DNA from: Auanema rhodensis
Lineage: Eukaryota; Animalia; Nematoda
Reading direction: 5' to 3'
NCBI GenBank assembly: GCA_964057225.1
Contig: OZ059900.1
Location: 7,006,001 to 7,070,000 of the forward strand
Length of the DNA: 64,000 nt
Part shown: positions 33,824-47,240 of the stretch, in pieces
Layout of the letters: every line of letters begins with the position of its first letter
Numbering within the stretch: position 1 is the first letter of the stretch
Made by a program: the position numbers and the translations under genes
Notes under the pieces: generated by a model
The model's input: the letters and a program-made list of their open reading frames with translations, nothing else
Told to the model about the DNA's origin: nothing
The model's database searches: none

Positions 33824-36613
33824 AGCTGCAACACAAAATACTACTTCAAAGTAATGAAAAAAAATATGAGAATTAAGCTTTAATCAATGAAACCAATAAA
33901 AATTTGATAAAAAGTAAACAACAATTAAATTGAAACAATATACTACATTATCTAATTTGCATCTAACGTGACGTTTATGTCGTTTACATAAAAATTTGTG
34001 TGATCACGTACTATTGATTGCGTATATTCCACAAAAAACACACTTTCATCCTTTTTCATGGGAACAATCAGGTTGATAAATATGAATAAAAAATTCATAA
34101 ACAGCTTGAAATGAATTTTTCAAAAGTTTAAAATATTATATATTTTCTAAATTCTTAACATTTCAAACTGTAACAGTTCTATCTAAACTAGTATTAAAAC
34201 TACAGCAATTTCAACTAGCAAAATAATACGTGATATGTGGTAAAGTAATTCGCTTGTTTTGTATTATTTATTTAGCAGTAAATTGAAAAGTTTTTGTTTG
34301 AATAAAATAAACTAGATGTAATATCATTAAGTTACTAATTTCATGATTGCAATCAATTTTATGGCGTTTTTACAGCGATGATAAATTAACAAGTATCATT
34401 ATAATAAGTAGATTAGTGTTATTCCGAAAAAGATAATAAAAATGCGAATATTTTTCTGAAGTAGATGAAAAATAATATATTTTGAAAACATTTTATATAA
34501 TAATCAAAGAAGTTTTGTACTTGTATCTTATTCATTATAAGAGAATTCGATAACTATACTAAATATACACATAAAATAGAAGCAGAATAGAATATTTATG
34601 TTACCGGTATTATATAAATTATATTCTTTCTCAGATGTTATGTTTTTGTTTTTTAATATAGTTGTTTTGATAATTTCTTCATTGTACTTTTATAAATATA
34701 TTGTAAGGAATAGACATTTATATGAATATCTTTATACACGAATGTTCAACAATGAAATATTAAATCACTAATGTTATTAGGAAAATGAAATATAAGGAGC
34801 TTTCATCAGAGTTTAGAAGAAATATAAATATATAGAAAACAAATGTTACACTTGTACACAGGTAACATAAGGGTGTATTGAGGAGGGAGGAGGGATTTTA
34901 CAATATTAAGCAAGATTTGAAGTTATAAAAACTTTGCAAGAACTATAAAAAATTATGAAGATTATTGAATTCATGGCATTCGCAACAAAAATGATGGATT
35001 AACATGTATAAACAGAAATAACACATGGCATAGGCTTGAGATCACTCATTGGAAGGCTAGGTATCTTCTATTCTGCTCAACAATAATCATTATAGTATAG
35101 TTTATTTCAATACAGAAAAGGATAAAATGGAACTTCTATGCGTAAATCAACTATATGATAAGAGTACATCAATATGAGAGGAGGAAAAAGATGCATTTGA
35201 AAGTTACGATTGGGTGAGATTTTGAAATGTACGGATGTACTGAGGCTTTCGATGATTACCAGAAAAAAAAACATTAATAACATACACTCGCACGCGCACA
35301 CATAGAAATAGATGAAATGAGCTTGCAGCTACTTTGGCTATACTCAAATCATTCGTTATGACCATTCTGCTGACAAGACGTTGTGGAAACTATCTCTTCT
35401 AATTTAAAATAAGAGATTTCGATTGTTGTCCTCAGTTTACATTTGTTTTTCATCTAACTAGAAGTAAGTAAATTGAAGTTCAAAAATCTACTATCTCATT
35501 ATGATATATTATTTTCGAGCCACTGTGTCTTATACCCGGAGTTTATATTGATGAGGAGACGGATTCCAAATCCAAAAAAAAGATTGATTGAGAAAAATAA
35601 GACGTTAAATATATTTTATTTGAATATAATTTTATTTCGTTGTTATTATATGCAACGATATTCTAAGTATACATAATATAAATATCTTTTTTGCATATTA
35701 TTATCTGAATAATTAACTAACTTTCTTCTTGTTTGATCTTCTAGACTGATACTGTTGTTTTGTAAGTTATAACAAAGGAAAACTGCTGGTTTAGGAAGAT
35801 GGAGACGATGACAAAAAGTAACATGTCTTTAGATACTCTCTATGCTCCTGGATACCTTCAGATGTTCCCTATTTCAACCTGATTTCTATTCGGCATTTTG
35901 AAATTTAGAATATACATATTTGAAGTTGTTATTAATTGTCTAGCTGTAAAGAAGAGTAAAACGCTAAGCAACACGATTATGGATCTTTCAATGATGAATA
36001 CTAAGGAAACAAATTATATTTTGGAATGCATTTGTGTCAAGATATTCATGAGAATAGGGCTCAGATGTTTCACTTCAATTTCGAGTATTTTGAGAAAAAG
36101 AAGTAGAGACAAAGATATACATACTTGTTGGAATTTCAGAACAGAGATGATGATTGACTCAACTGAATCTAGCAAGAATGGCTGCAGAAGGATTGATGGC
36201 TCAGACTGATATTGTTATAAGAGATACATTAGTTTTATTCGATATCTATGTTAAATAGATTAGAGACGATGATAATATTTTCCAACATATATACACTCAC
36301 ACGCATAATCATACACACGTAAACTATGTGACCGCATATTGACTGCTGTCACAAACCGAGTGATCGAAAATGCCTCGTATTATGATGATTTAGTGGGATT
36401 CATAGCTGATAGTTCTGAAGGTGAATCGGCTTGTAGCCATTACTAGTTCTCTTGAAAAGTAGATACAGCAGTTGATTGGTAGTCACAGCCAAATTATATG
36501 CATAATTTGAAAGACACGAGATAATGTTAATTAGTTTGGAGGATGATTTAAGTAATGCTGATACTGAGTGTCATGAAATCTACATCATTAAATAATGTTG
36601 TAGCTTTCGTCAT

Positions 36614-39600
36614 CTAGAGGCCAACTATAATAAGCTGGTCAATTAGATCATTAGTTCTGTTGAAGATGTGATTGATGTCGAAGACACGGCGAACAAATGA
36701 AGCTACGCGCTGAAAAATATTAAGATTATTCTCGAAAAAGTAATATCCATAACAAATAAGTTTCATGTGAGAAATTGATACTTTGGTTAGCTATTCTAGT
36801 TTTAGAATATGCTATTCTCTTATTACCCAAATTTCTTGCTGCCTTTCTCTTATTTCAATCCTTTCTCATAAACAAAACAGCTCGAAAGGCATAAGTAATT
36901 GAATAACAACTTACATTAAGGGTCGCTGTCATCATAAGTAGATTTGAGAACAGAAGAGCAGCGCTGCGACCGCGCTCAGTACTCAAGTACAGATAGAGTT
37001 GACTTAAGAGCTTACTACGCTCACTTTCAATTGTCGCTTTACCCGTTGATGATAACCCTTCCGCATCTAGAGTGTCATTTTATATCAATTGATATCAAAA
37101 ATTGCAAGCAAAAAATATGCTCGCAAAAAAAGTACCGGGATTATGTAGAAGAAGCATCTTATATAACACCAGATGCCGTTGTTGAATGTCTAACCGACGT
37201 AATAGCTTATAACAGCCTTCGATCAAGATAGAATACATTTCCTCACTGAAATTAATTTCAACTGATCATAGATCAAACACCGAGTAATCTCTTACGTATT
37301 GTTAATATTATTTTCTTTCTCAATATATGATCCATCTGGATAGTTAAGTCGGTCTGGTATAACATATGCATCGCTATTAGTTTCAGTTTCAGCTGAAAAC
37401 ATCATTATATAAAAACAGATTTTTGATTGATCTTACGACTTGTACTTGTTTCATCATTCGTATAGAAAGCCAATTGTAGCAATGGGAACACAGGCGCAAA
37501 TGCTTTCATTAGAGCAAGCTAAAAAAAGATATATTGCTGTCCTGCATTAAACATGTGGGAAAATATGAGGAAAAATTAGATGAAAAAAACTGCATTCTAA
37601 TGTTCGCATGCTAGTGCAATGTGAAAGAAACATATTATTGAAATGCAATTACCTTGTCGTTTAATAGCAGTCTATCCATGATGGGCAAGCATTTGCACCA
37701 CTCCATCATGAGGGAAAGATCACGAACAAACCACATACGAAGAGATTCCAAGGTACATGGAACTGGAACACAAACCAGGTTCTGAAAAAGAAAAACAATT
37801 ATAAACGCATCATCGAGCATAGACATATGTAGTCTATGATGGTCTCCAGCTCACATTAAGATTAGGATTAGCATTTTCTTCCATCCATACATAATCGTTA
37901 AAAAGACATCTGAATTAGAGGGTTTGTTACTATCGATCGGCAATATATAATGCAAAAAACTCACTTGTTATACATACAGCTTGTAGCTGAAGTATGCGGC
38001 TCAAAGCGGCAAGCGCTACGTATCTGTAGCATTTTCAGTTCAAGAACTAATAAATCATCAACAAGATTTTTCACTTCTTGTAAGTGCATCTGAAAATATG
38101 ATAAATTTTTTTCAAATAAATAAATACAACAAAACCAGAAACCAAAATAACAGACATGAGAAATTTTTGATTGAAGAAAGTATCAAAACTCACTCGTTGG
38201 TTGGACGCATCAATATCCGACGGAACATCAGAATCCATTAGTTGAGCCATATTACTAGATGATGGGGTTGATGTATTGATATACTGATCGGACCTATTAG
38301 CAGAATTTAAGCCATAAACATAAAGCGTATTGAAGAGGGATTGTTCCTTCTGCATGCCGCCTAGTGAGCCGAATGAAAGTGACTCACTGACCACATGAAG
38401 GAAAGAATATAGGACTGCGGGCATCGCTTTGGGACTCATTTACATTAAAATCGCGATTAAATAAAATATTCGTTAAAATTTGGAAATTGAAACCGTAATT
38501 TACAAAAAAAAAAAAATAATTTTAAGAGAGCGAATTATTTAAAAATTAAAAAAAAGTACAAAAACTCACGATTGGCTTTGAGGACTGGAAACTTCTTCTT
38601 TCATTTGCGAATCTTTTTCGCGATTTCGTTGTTCTTCTTCCCGTTTTCTTTTCAAAGCTTTTGTATATCTAATCTTATCCCGATCATGCTGTATTGCTGA
38701 AATATTAATTGATCAAAACAAATCGATAAAAAAGATTAAATTTTTGGTTAACAAAATATTTTACAGCATTGATGAACATGATAATGTTCTTTTTATATTT
38801 CGGGCGTATGATTTTGTACAATATTCCAACAATCTTTCAAACTTTATGTTGTATTTGAAATAACAAAATTTCTATTTTTATCCTTTTACCGATCATCAAT
38901 CGTTGGTATTCTATCCTTTCTTAATGTCGAGCGGGCGTAAAATATAAATAAAATGATAGAAAAAGATAGTGCGAAATATATTACGACGAGATAAACTGCC
39001 GCAAATATGTCAGAACAAAAACGTTAGAAAAGAAAATTTATTTGCTTACCATTAGGATCCATACCCATTCGAAAACATTTTTTTAACCGACAACTTCTGC
39101 ATACACATCGCACAGCTAAAATTGAAATCTTTCAAAAGAAAACTGATATATAAAGTAGTTGAAGTTAATAATTATTGGCATTTTGGTCAAAAATATAAAG
39201 AAAAAATATTTTATAGAAGTAATGATAGGTGTTAAACATACATTTGCCTACTACGCAATCGCCAGCAAATTGACATGTAAACGTTTGTTTGTTCTGAAAA
39301 AAAGGTATTGTTTAATAATTAAACGGTAATTATAAAGTTTGCAAAATAGAATTGAATGAGAAATATTTCAAGGATACTAAAAATTTTTTGACAAAGTAAT
39401 GAATCTTCTTTTTGTTTTTCAACCTCAAATTGTATATCATCACATATCTCATACTCATCATTGTATTAGATTTCTTTGGAAATGAATATATTCCGTATCA
39501 AATAATGAGCTCTAAGTTGATAATCGTAAAGCAACTCAAAAGCTTGACTTATATTTTCAAATATTAACAATAGATTACTTCTTTATTGATGGTTCTTATC

Positions 39601-42600
39601 AAAAAATGATTAAATCATTCATTTATCGTAATGATCAAAAACTATAGGAAAAAGGTATATTCTTTAAAGAAAATGTCGTTCTTTACCAGCATATTAGATC
39701 AATGTCACTCTAAAGAACAGGTTTTATTACATGAGGAAATGAGAGAATAAAATCTTAACAGCATTAGCGAAGATTCTTTGTTACTTAAATGAGAATTTCA
39801 GTTTGAATTCGTTGAATGTACTCTTTTTGAAGGTGATAAAATGTTCTGTATTGAATGATAAGATCAAAAACTGTGATAGAAACTTGTAGTTGAAATTCAT
39901 TAATAATTTCAATTTTTTTCATGAAAAGTCAGGGATATCTTATACTTTTCTGCATTCATTTTGCTTAGTTTGAAGCCATTTTGAACAAAAAATACTAATT
40001 TTTCTATGGTAATATTGGTTTTAGATAAATGTATCATTTCCAATATCGTTAAATATTGTTTTTTCTTGTAATCCCTCATATGTGCCGTACTGGCAATAAA
40101 GTAATAGGAGCAATATAACTTAGCTTCATTTGAGAATGAGGCTATTTAGTTTTACTGATATTACTTCATTTAGTTAAGAGCACATGAAAACTTTTTATGT
40201 CGAAACGACCCACGATTATAATGCCTTGGAAAATGACTCTTTTGAATTTTTTTCAAACTATTAGAAGCTTAAGAATTGGTTGAAAAAAAATGGTTCTGGC
40301 TATTAAAAACATATTCTGCCGGATTAAACAAAAAAAATGGAGTTCCAGTATTATATAAGATCTAACTTGTTTAAATCTTCTTCATACTCTCGCACATGTT
40401 TTAAGCCCTTGACAAAGACTAAGTTTTCATTCGGTTCATTTCGGAAATTATTATTCAATTTGTACATTCAAAAAACTGATGTAATATTCAACAGTTCAAC
40501 AACAGATATATTGAATATATGGACTAAAATATAGAAAACGGTAGCTACAACATTCTTTGTTAACATATAAGTATTTCTTCAATAAATAATATATAAAAAT
40601 AGTTATAACAATACTTTTCAACAGGTTTGACATAATTCAAACTTATTCTTGAAAAATATCAAATATATAAGTAGTATAATTTATCTATTTATTTGAATTT
40701 TGAATTTGCATGTTTCAAAATTTAAAATACTTAGAATTAATAACTATTTTAGGTTTTTCTAACTCTAAAGATTTTAGATAGAAACTTTATGAAATTTAAG
40801 CTATGTCTCATATAATTTAGGAAAATAGAAAAATCGAAAAAACAAAAAGAATGGAGCAAGAATTTTTATCGCCTACATATATGTATATAGTTCGTTATCA
40901 TCCACTACATACTGATGCACTTATGTATAATGTACAATACAAAATACAATTACAATCATCATCGACCCCCCCCCCCTTCTCCTTTCTCCCAATTTCTTTA
41001 AAATTAAATTTTTTTATTTATTCATATTATTTCATCAATCCCTTCTATTTCCGCCTTTATATTGTTTGAAACATATAGTTGAAGTAAAAGCGGCAGCTGT
41101 TAGACATTTACAGACATTCAGAGCTCATAAAGTGCACAAGACAATTTTTAATCGATGTAAGCAGTGTGCATGAATTTTTTAAGAAGAAGAGCGCACGAGT
41201 TTGCGAAACACAAAAAAACTGTCAAGTAACAATAGCTAGAAGAGAGCTAGATTGATGTTCCACATCAGGCGGATAAACTCTCAAGGCAATATATTTTTGT
41301 TGAAATTCCTTGTTGGAATTTATAGATTGCACTGTTCCTACGTTTTCTTTTTTTTGGTAAAATAGATCCATACTATAATTTATTGCTTTGGAAAACAAGT
41401 TTATTTTGCAGATGTTAGGAAACTCATATAGAAACATGGTGATTCTCAAAAGAATTATTGAAGTTTGATGCTTTAAATTATATTTGTAGCTTTCTAAACT
41501 GTGATGATAATCAAAAATGCATAATTATCTGAGAATTTTAGAATTTCCGTTTCAATTTCACTGAATCGTCATGTCTCTTAGTATAAGGATTTAACTTTGC
41601 TTTGTTCTCTTGTTCTTTAGCAATCAATGCATTTACGAAGGGAGTAGGGCAGCATTTCTCATAAACTATTTCAGCAAAGAGCTGTAGTACTATGCATGAG
41701 TTAGACATGAGATAATGGATTCAACAGTAGCAATGTGCTTTGGAAAAAAATTGTGAAGCTTTACAACAACTAAACAGATTCAATTCCCCAATCGGCTATT
41801 CTCTTCCTCAATAGGTCACATGGGATTGCGTTCAATTGGATTTCAGTATTCCATATTCTGAATGAACTTTTAGACTAAAGAAAAACGGAAACAGCAAATT
41901 TCGAAGTTTACTGCATAATAATTGAGCAATCTGATTTAAGTATATTGGCAGTGATTCTTCTAGTGGATCTTGAAACGTTTGTTTTCACTTTAAGCATTCA
42001 TATTTAAAACAGCATCTTGCGTTGAAAAGCCTTCAGTTTCCGAGTAGATTAAGCAAAATGATTGCCAAAATTTTCAGCGCAACAAATATTCTCTAAGGTT
42101 ACATACAAAAAAAGCTGGTTTTTCTATATTCAAAGATAAATGAATCGCTAAAGCTCATTCACAAATTTATACTTTAAACTTGCAGCTTCCGCACCATTTT
42201 TGCCTAGTGCATTCATATATTGTTCTTCTTCACTAAACAAAAGAACATCCCTATGCTAGCAACACAATAGAGAACAGAGGCATATCCAAGCTAAAAAATC
42301 AGTCAAAGCTACGAAGACTGAATTTTTGTGACACTAATTTGATTGAAAAGGACCTAGAAAGATCAATTTCGGAAAAAAATATTTCAAATTTGAAATTTTG
42401 AAGAGAAATATATTAGTAGTTAGTTTGAGGAAGTATATTTCATAATTCAAATATTAGTTTAATATGAAATTCATTCTTAATATTGAACTAAATCTTATAA
42501 AAATCATTGAGTTCGTGTTAGATCAGCTGCCTAAAATTGCTTTTAATGAAAATGGTTCAGTTAAATTACATCCTGCTTTAGTTTGGTCAATACAAAGTCA

Positions 42601-45600
42601 TTTAATGCAAACATCAGCTCAAGTCAACCATTTATTTTTCTTTCGATTGAGCTCACTGAAGTTAGACCATTTTCTGCTCTAACCACTCAAGATACTGGTA
42701 TAATATCAATAATGAATTTTAGTGATAAAACTTAATTAAATGCGTAATCCATAGTAGCAAATAAAAAATTTAATCAAAAATGTTGCACGATTCGATGAAT
42801 ACCTAACTCCATCACAAATTTAATTCCAAATACATCATTTAAACCCAATATAGATTTAATTGAGAAACGGCAACGTATTCAAATGGTTTCTTATAGATAT
42901 GTCGTGAATTTGTCTTAATTTGAAAGTATTAGCCCAATGAAACAGTTAATAACGTGTTATTAATTTATGCAAATCCGTTATTTAGAACATAGGAAACCTA
43001 TCATTTACGAGATCACCACGTTCACATGTTGAAACGTAATAATTTATTCAAGAAAAAGATATTAAATCAACGTAATAGATATAATAAACTTTGATCGCAC
43101 AATTTCTTACGTATTCTGGATAAGATTATATATGAATAATGTAAAGTATTTATATATTTTCTATGCAAAGTAATCATAATCTTAAATGACTCAATATTCT
43201 AGTTACTTTATATATCTTAAGACCGATTGAATGCAACTCCAGCTGTAAGCTGGCTGTATTCACTTTTAATTTGGTAAAAGGTTTCATTTGGATAAAAAAA
43301 TGAAACTTCTTTATGACGAAATCATTCGAAACTCATCAACCATTATTATAAAGGAATATGTCCCCATAATGGGAATGAAAAAATGAACTAAAAAGTTTTT
43401 AAATGAGTTCAAAGTGCATTTGATATAAAAGAAAAAAATTCACTTTTGTCTCAATGAACTTGACTACACAGAGAATATTTTTATAATATCATCGACAATT
43501 AAACTGAGAAATCATTTCAAATATATCACTTTATATCCCTTTCTTTTTGGATAATAAAGCGAACAATGAGATTGGATGAGTTTTACTCATCATTATTTTA
43601 TGGATTTTCGGGAATAATTCTATGATAATTACTCGGTACCAGTCATGGAATCAATTTTTTATATCCCTCCGTATATGATTTTTTACGTCATATATCTAAA
43701 AATCAAACAGATTACTAGTTAGCTTGCTCTCTTCTTATGTCATATCTTGTATTCATTTCCTAACCTCCTACGATATCCGGCTCATCTCACTTAATGTTCT
43801 GATTAGTGTTTCAATCGAATCATCACTGATTAAAGATATCCAATATAGCTTAACAAAATGTTAATATTCAATATTTCGACCAAGCTAATAGATCGTCAGA
43901 GCATTATTTTATCTTTGGACTCACACAAAAGATTGTTCATTATCACAGAGATCAATAAATAAAATGATACAGATGCGTATTTATAACTATAAATAAACAT
44001 AATCCGGATGAATAAGATTGAAATTGACTAATACAAATAGTTATTACAAAGGAAGCCGGCAATTTGACAATGCTATCAATCTGTTGTTATTCTCTGGAAA
44101 AAAATAACTCAGATATTTTCACTAGTTTACGTCCATATAAGCTAAAAAACAATTTATAATATTGAATATGAGAAAATAATGTATATATGTATATATATAT
44201 GCAAATTTTTTGTTTCCCTTCAATTCATTATATTCAATATATCTATCAGTTATCAATTCCAAAGAAACAATGAAAAACTTGATCTCATTACCAAGTTAAA
44301 GAGTCAATTTTGTTTTGAAACAAAAAGGAAACATTCCGACTCCATCATCCTTTGTAATACTAAATTGGTTTGCAAAACTATGCAAATTAAAAAAATTCAA
44401 TCAAAATATAATTTAACAATAGACCAAGAAAAAAAAGAGTTTAGAGTTAAATTCAAAAAAGTTACAGTTAATCTGCTGATTTCATCCCATTTCACAATAC
44501 CTGAAAAGCTCAAGATACTCCCCAGCAATACTAATACTTTGCTCATTTAGTTTTGCAATGGCCCTGCGTGATTAAAACATTCAAATGCCTGGAGCTTAGG
44601 GTAAATTGAAAAGCTTACTTATGACACTTTGGGTCTAATAAGAAGTTGAGCTGACTGATCTTTGTTCTATTCGTTTTAATTTCGCTTTATTCTTCCTTCA
44701 CTCATCATATATGTCTTCTTCAACTTTCAACCACCCTCAATTGCTCAACGCTTATTACTTTCTTGATTCTGATTATCTGATTATGCCATTCAGTCAATAA
44801 CAGAGCTCTCTATATTCCAATCGGATATTTACATTTCAGTTGCACTAGCCAATTTTTATAGTACATTCTGAAGAGGATAAAGTGACAGCCTCAAGTATGA
44901 ACTCTTTTATTCTCTAGTTTTTTCTATTCTTAAGCATATTTTCAATTTCAACTTCCCTCATCTTTTTATATACCATGTTTTTAAACATAGTAAAGTTACA
45001 AGTTCTATGCAATCGGTCAGCTGACTCATGCTGCGGCTGGTTGTTGATGTTTGTGCCATATGATTGAGAAAAATCGTATTGCCTTCTGGCTCGGCTAGTC
45101 AACTGCACTACCCTATTTTCTTTCTTTCCAAAATCTTCTTTACGTCTCTTTGTCTTTATCGATGGCATTTCTATATATAGAAGCAAAAAAATGAGAAAAA
45201 CATTTCACTGGGAGTGAGTACATAAGAGGATAAGACAATTTAAGCAAAATAAAGCTGATAGTCAAGAGGAAGGAACTTTAAGTCAGTAAATATATTGACC
45301 AATTTCAGCAAGTTTTCATACTTTAACTAGGATGTTTCTGATTCATGTACAAGAATTGCGGATTGCGGGTAGCGAAAATTCTAAAAATCCTTATGATTTT
45401 CATATTATAGTTCTAGCTTTTCAACGTTTTTTTTCTCCAATGCAAGCTCCCCATTTATCAAAAAAAATCATGCCATTAAGCAATTTTTGTGTGCGTGTGC
45501 ATATCCTTTCTATATTCTAGCCACTTCATCCATTCTTTCGTATATATCTGGTGTTGTTTGTTGTTCGTATGGAACAAACAACACACAAACAGATGCTGAA

Positions 45601-47200
45601 GCACACATAAACACATCTCGTTCGAAGGAGATGACAGACACTTTTCTCGCCTATTTTTCTCTATTCTCTCATGAGTATAAAGTATGTGCAAGAGAAGCTA
45701 TGGATCAAAATAGAAAAAACAAAATGGCATGACAGACGTAAGAAGCAAATGAAGAAAAAGAACTGACCAGTTGTACAGCAATTGAAATTGAAAAAATGAC
45801 ACAAAGAGACCAAAAAATGCACTACGAATAGGTATAAACGATGGGTCATAAAGGCATTGTAGTTCAGATTTGAGAAAAAAATTTCAATTAAGAATATTGG
45901 CAACAACAGTGAAAAACGATTCTAAATGCTTCAAACATTGTGAAACAGCTATTAAAAGCATTTTTTAAGCTTGTCAACTCCCCTAGTAATCAAAATTCAT
46001 TTCTGCTTGTAGCTTATTTTGTTCTTCATCCAAACAAACTACGCACTACATACCAACAAACAAACAAGAAATCTAATATGATATCTCGTCATATATGGCA
46101 ATACTTATATATTCTATAGCTTCAGCTATACATGCATATATATATATATACATTATATAGATAGGTATAGATATATAACTATATGGATATGTGTACCTGT
46201 TTTGCCAATTCTTTTTTTTTTTGCTCAGAAAATTACTAATGTAAATCGGTATCATTATCCATTTTATGCAGTGGTAAACAAATAGCAAAAGTTCGCATAG
46301 CTATATGAACGATTTTACATACTATCAAACGGCATATATAATCTATTATATATGTTAGGATAGTTAGTTATATGTTTAATATGGATAAATAACTGACTAA
46401 TGATAAAGTATCTAAAATGACATGCTTTATAGATACTAAATGTGTATATCCATCAACTTCAGAATCATATAGATAATTAGATATTGCGTTATATAGAATT
46501 GTTACTTTTTTTTTCTTTAAAAAAGATGAAACATTTTAAAATTCTCCAAATTAATTTGAAAAAATAATATGTATGGATTAGAATTCTAAAAGATTATTTT
46601 AAATTAATTTTTAATGCTGCGATACTTTTTTAATTCAATAATAGTAGGCAGAAAATTGAATTCTAAAATAAATCTCAGCAAAGAACAAATACCAAAAAAA
46701 AGAAAAAGGATGAGCAGAGCGATAAATTTCCAAGAGATCATGAGAATCAAGTATAGTCAAAATAAGTATGGTCTAACTCCGCCGAATCACTTCCCAGAAA
46801 AGGCCCACAAGAGCAAAAAACCATTTAATAAGCTCTTAAATCCCGTCAATATAGCTTCTACTTTTTTCTTTCTATTTAAAGAAAATGTTATACATAAATT
46901 TTGAAAACTACGTTTCCTTTGGATGATTCATCAAAACTCTGATAAACACCATAGACTACCCAAACCATCAATTATATTGACGTTCAATCCACATATTCGT
47001 CTATATTTCATAACATATTACTTCACTCATTCATGCCAGCTACTAAACTTTATTTCTGTGGCAGAACTCTATCTTTCATAATCAAAGCACTTCTAGGAAA
47101 TAAATATTGCCATAAAGAGTTTTCTCTTGAGCTTCCCTTTACAATTGGAATATGTTATGTTTAACTATGTCATGTTAGTATAAAAGACATACTAAATATT

Positions 47201-47240
<40 letters not shown>

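Noticed and set aside
30950-36614. Operon of nhr-40, TMF1 and nas-37 (same strand, consecutive)
   Set aside because: Stop-to-start gaps are about 2.8 kb and 1.9 kb and each downstream gene has promoter-like upstream sequence; SL2 data would be needed.
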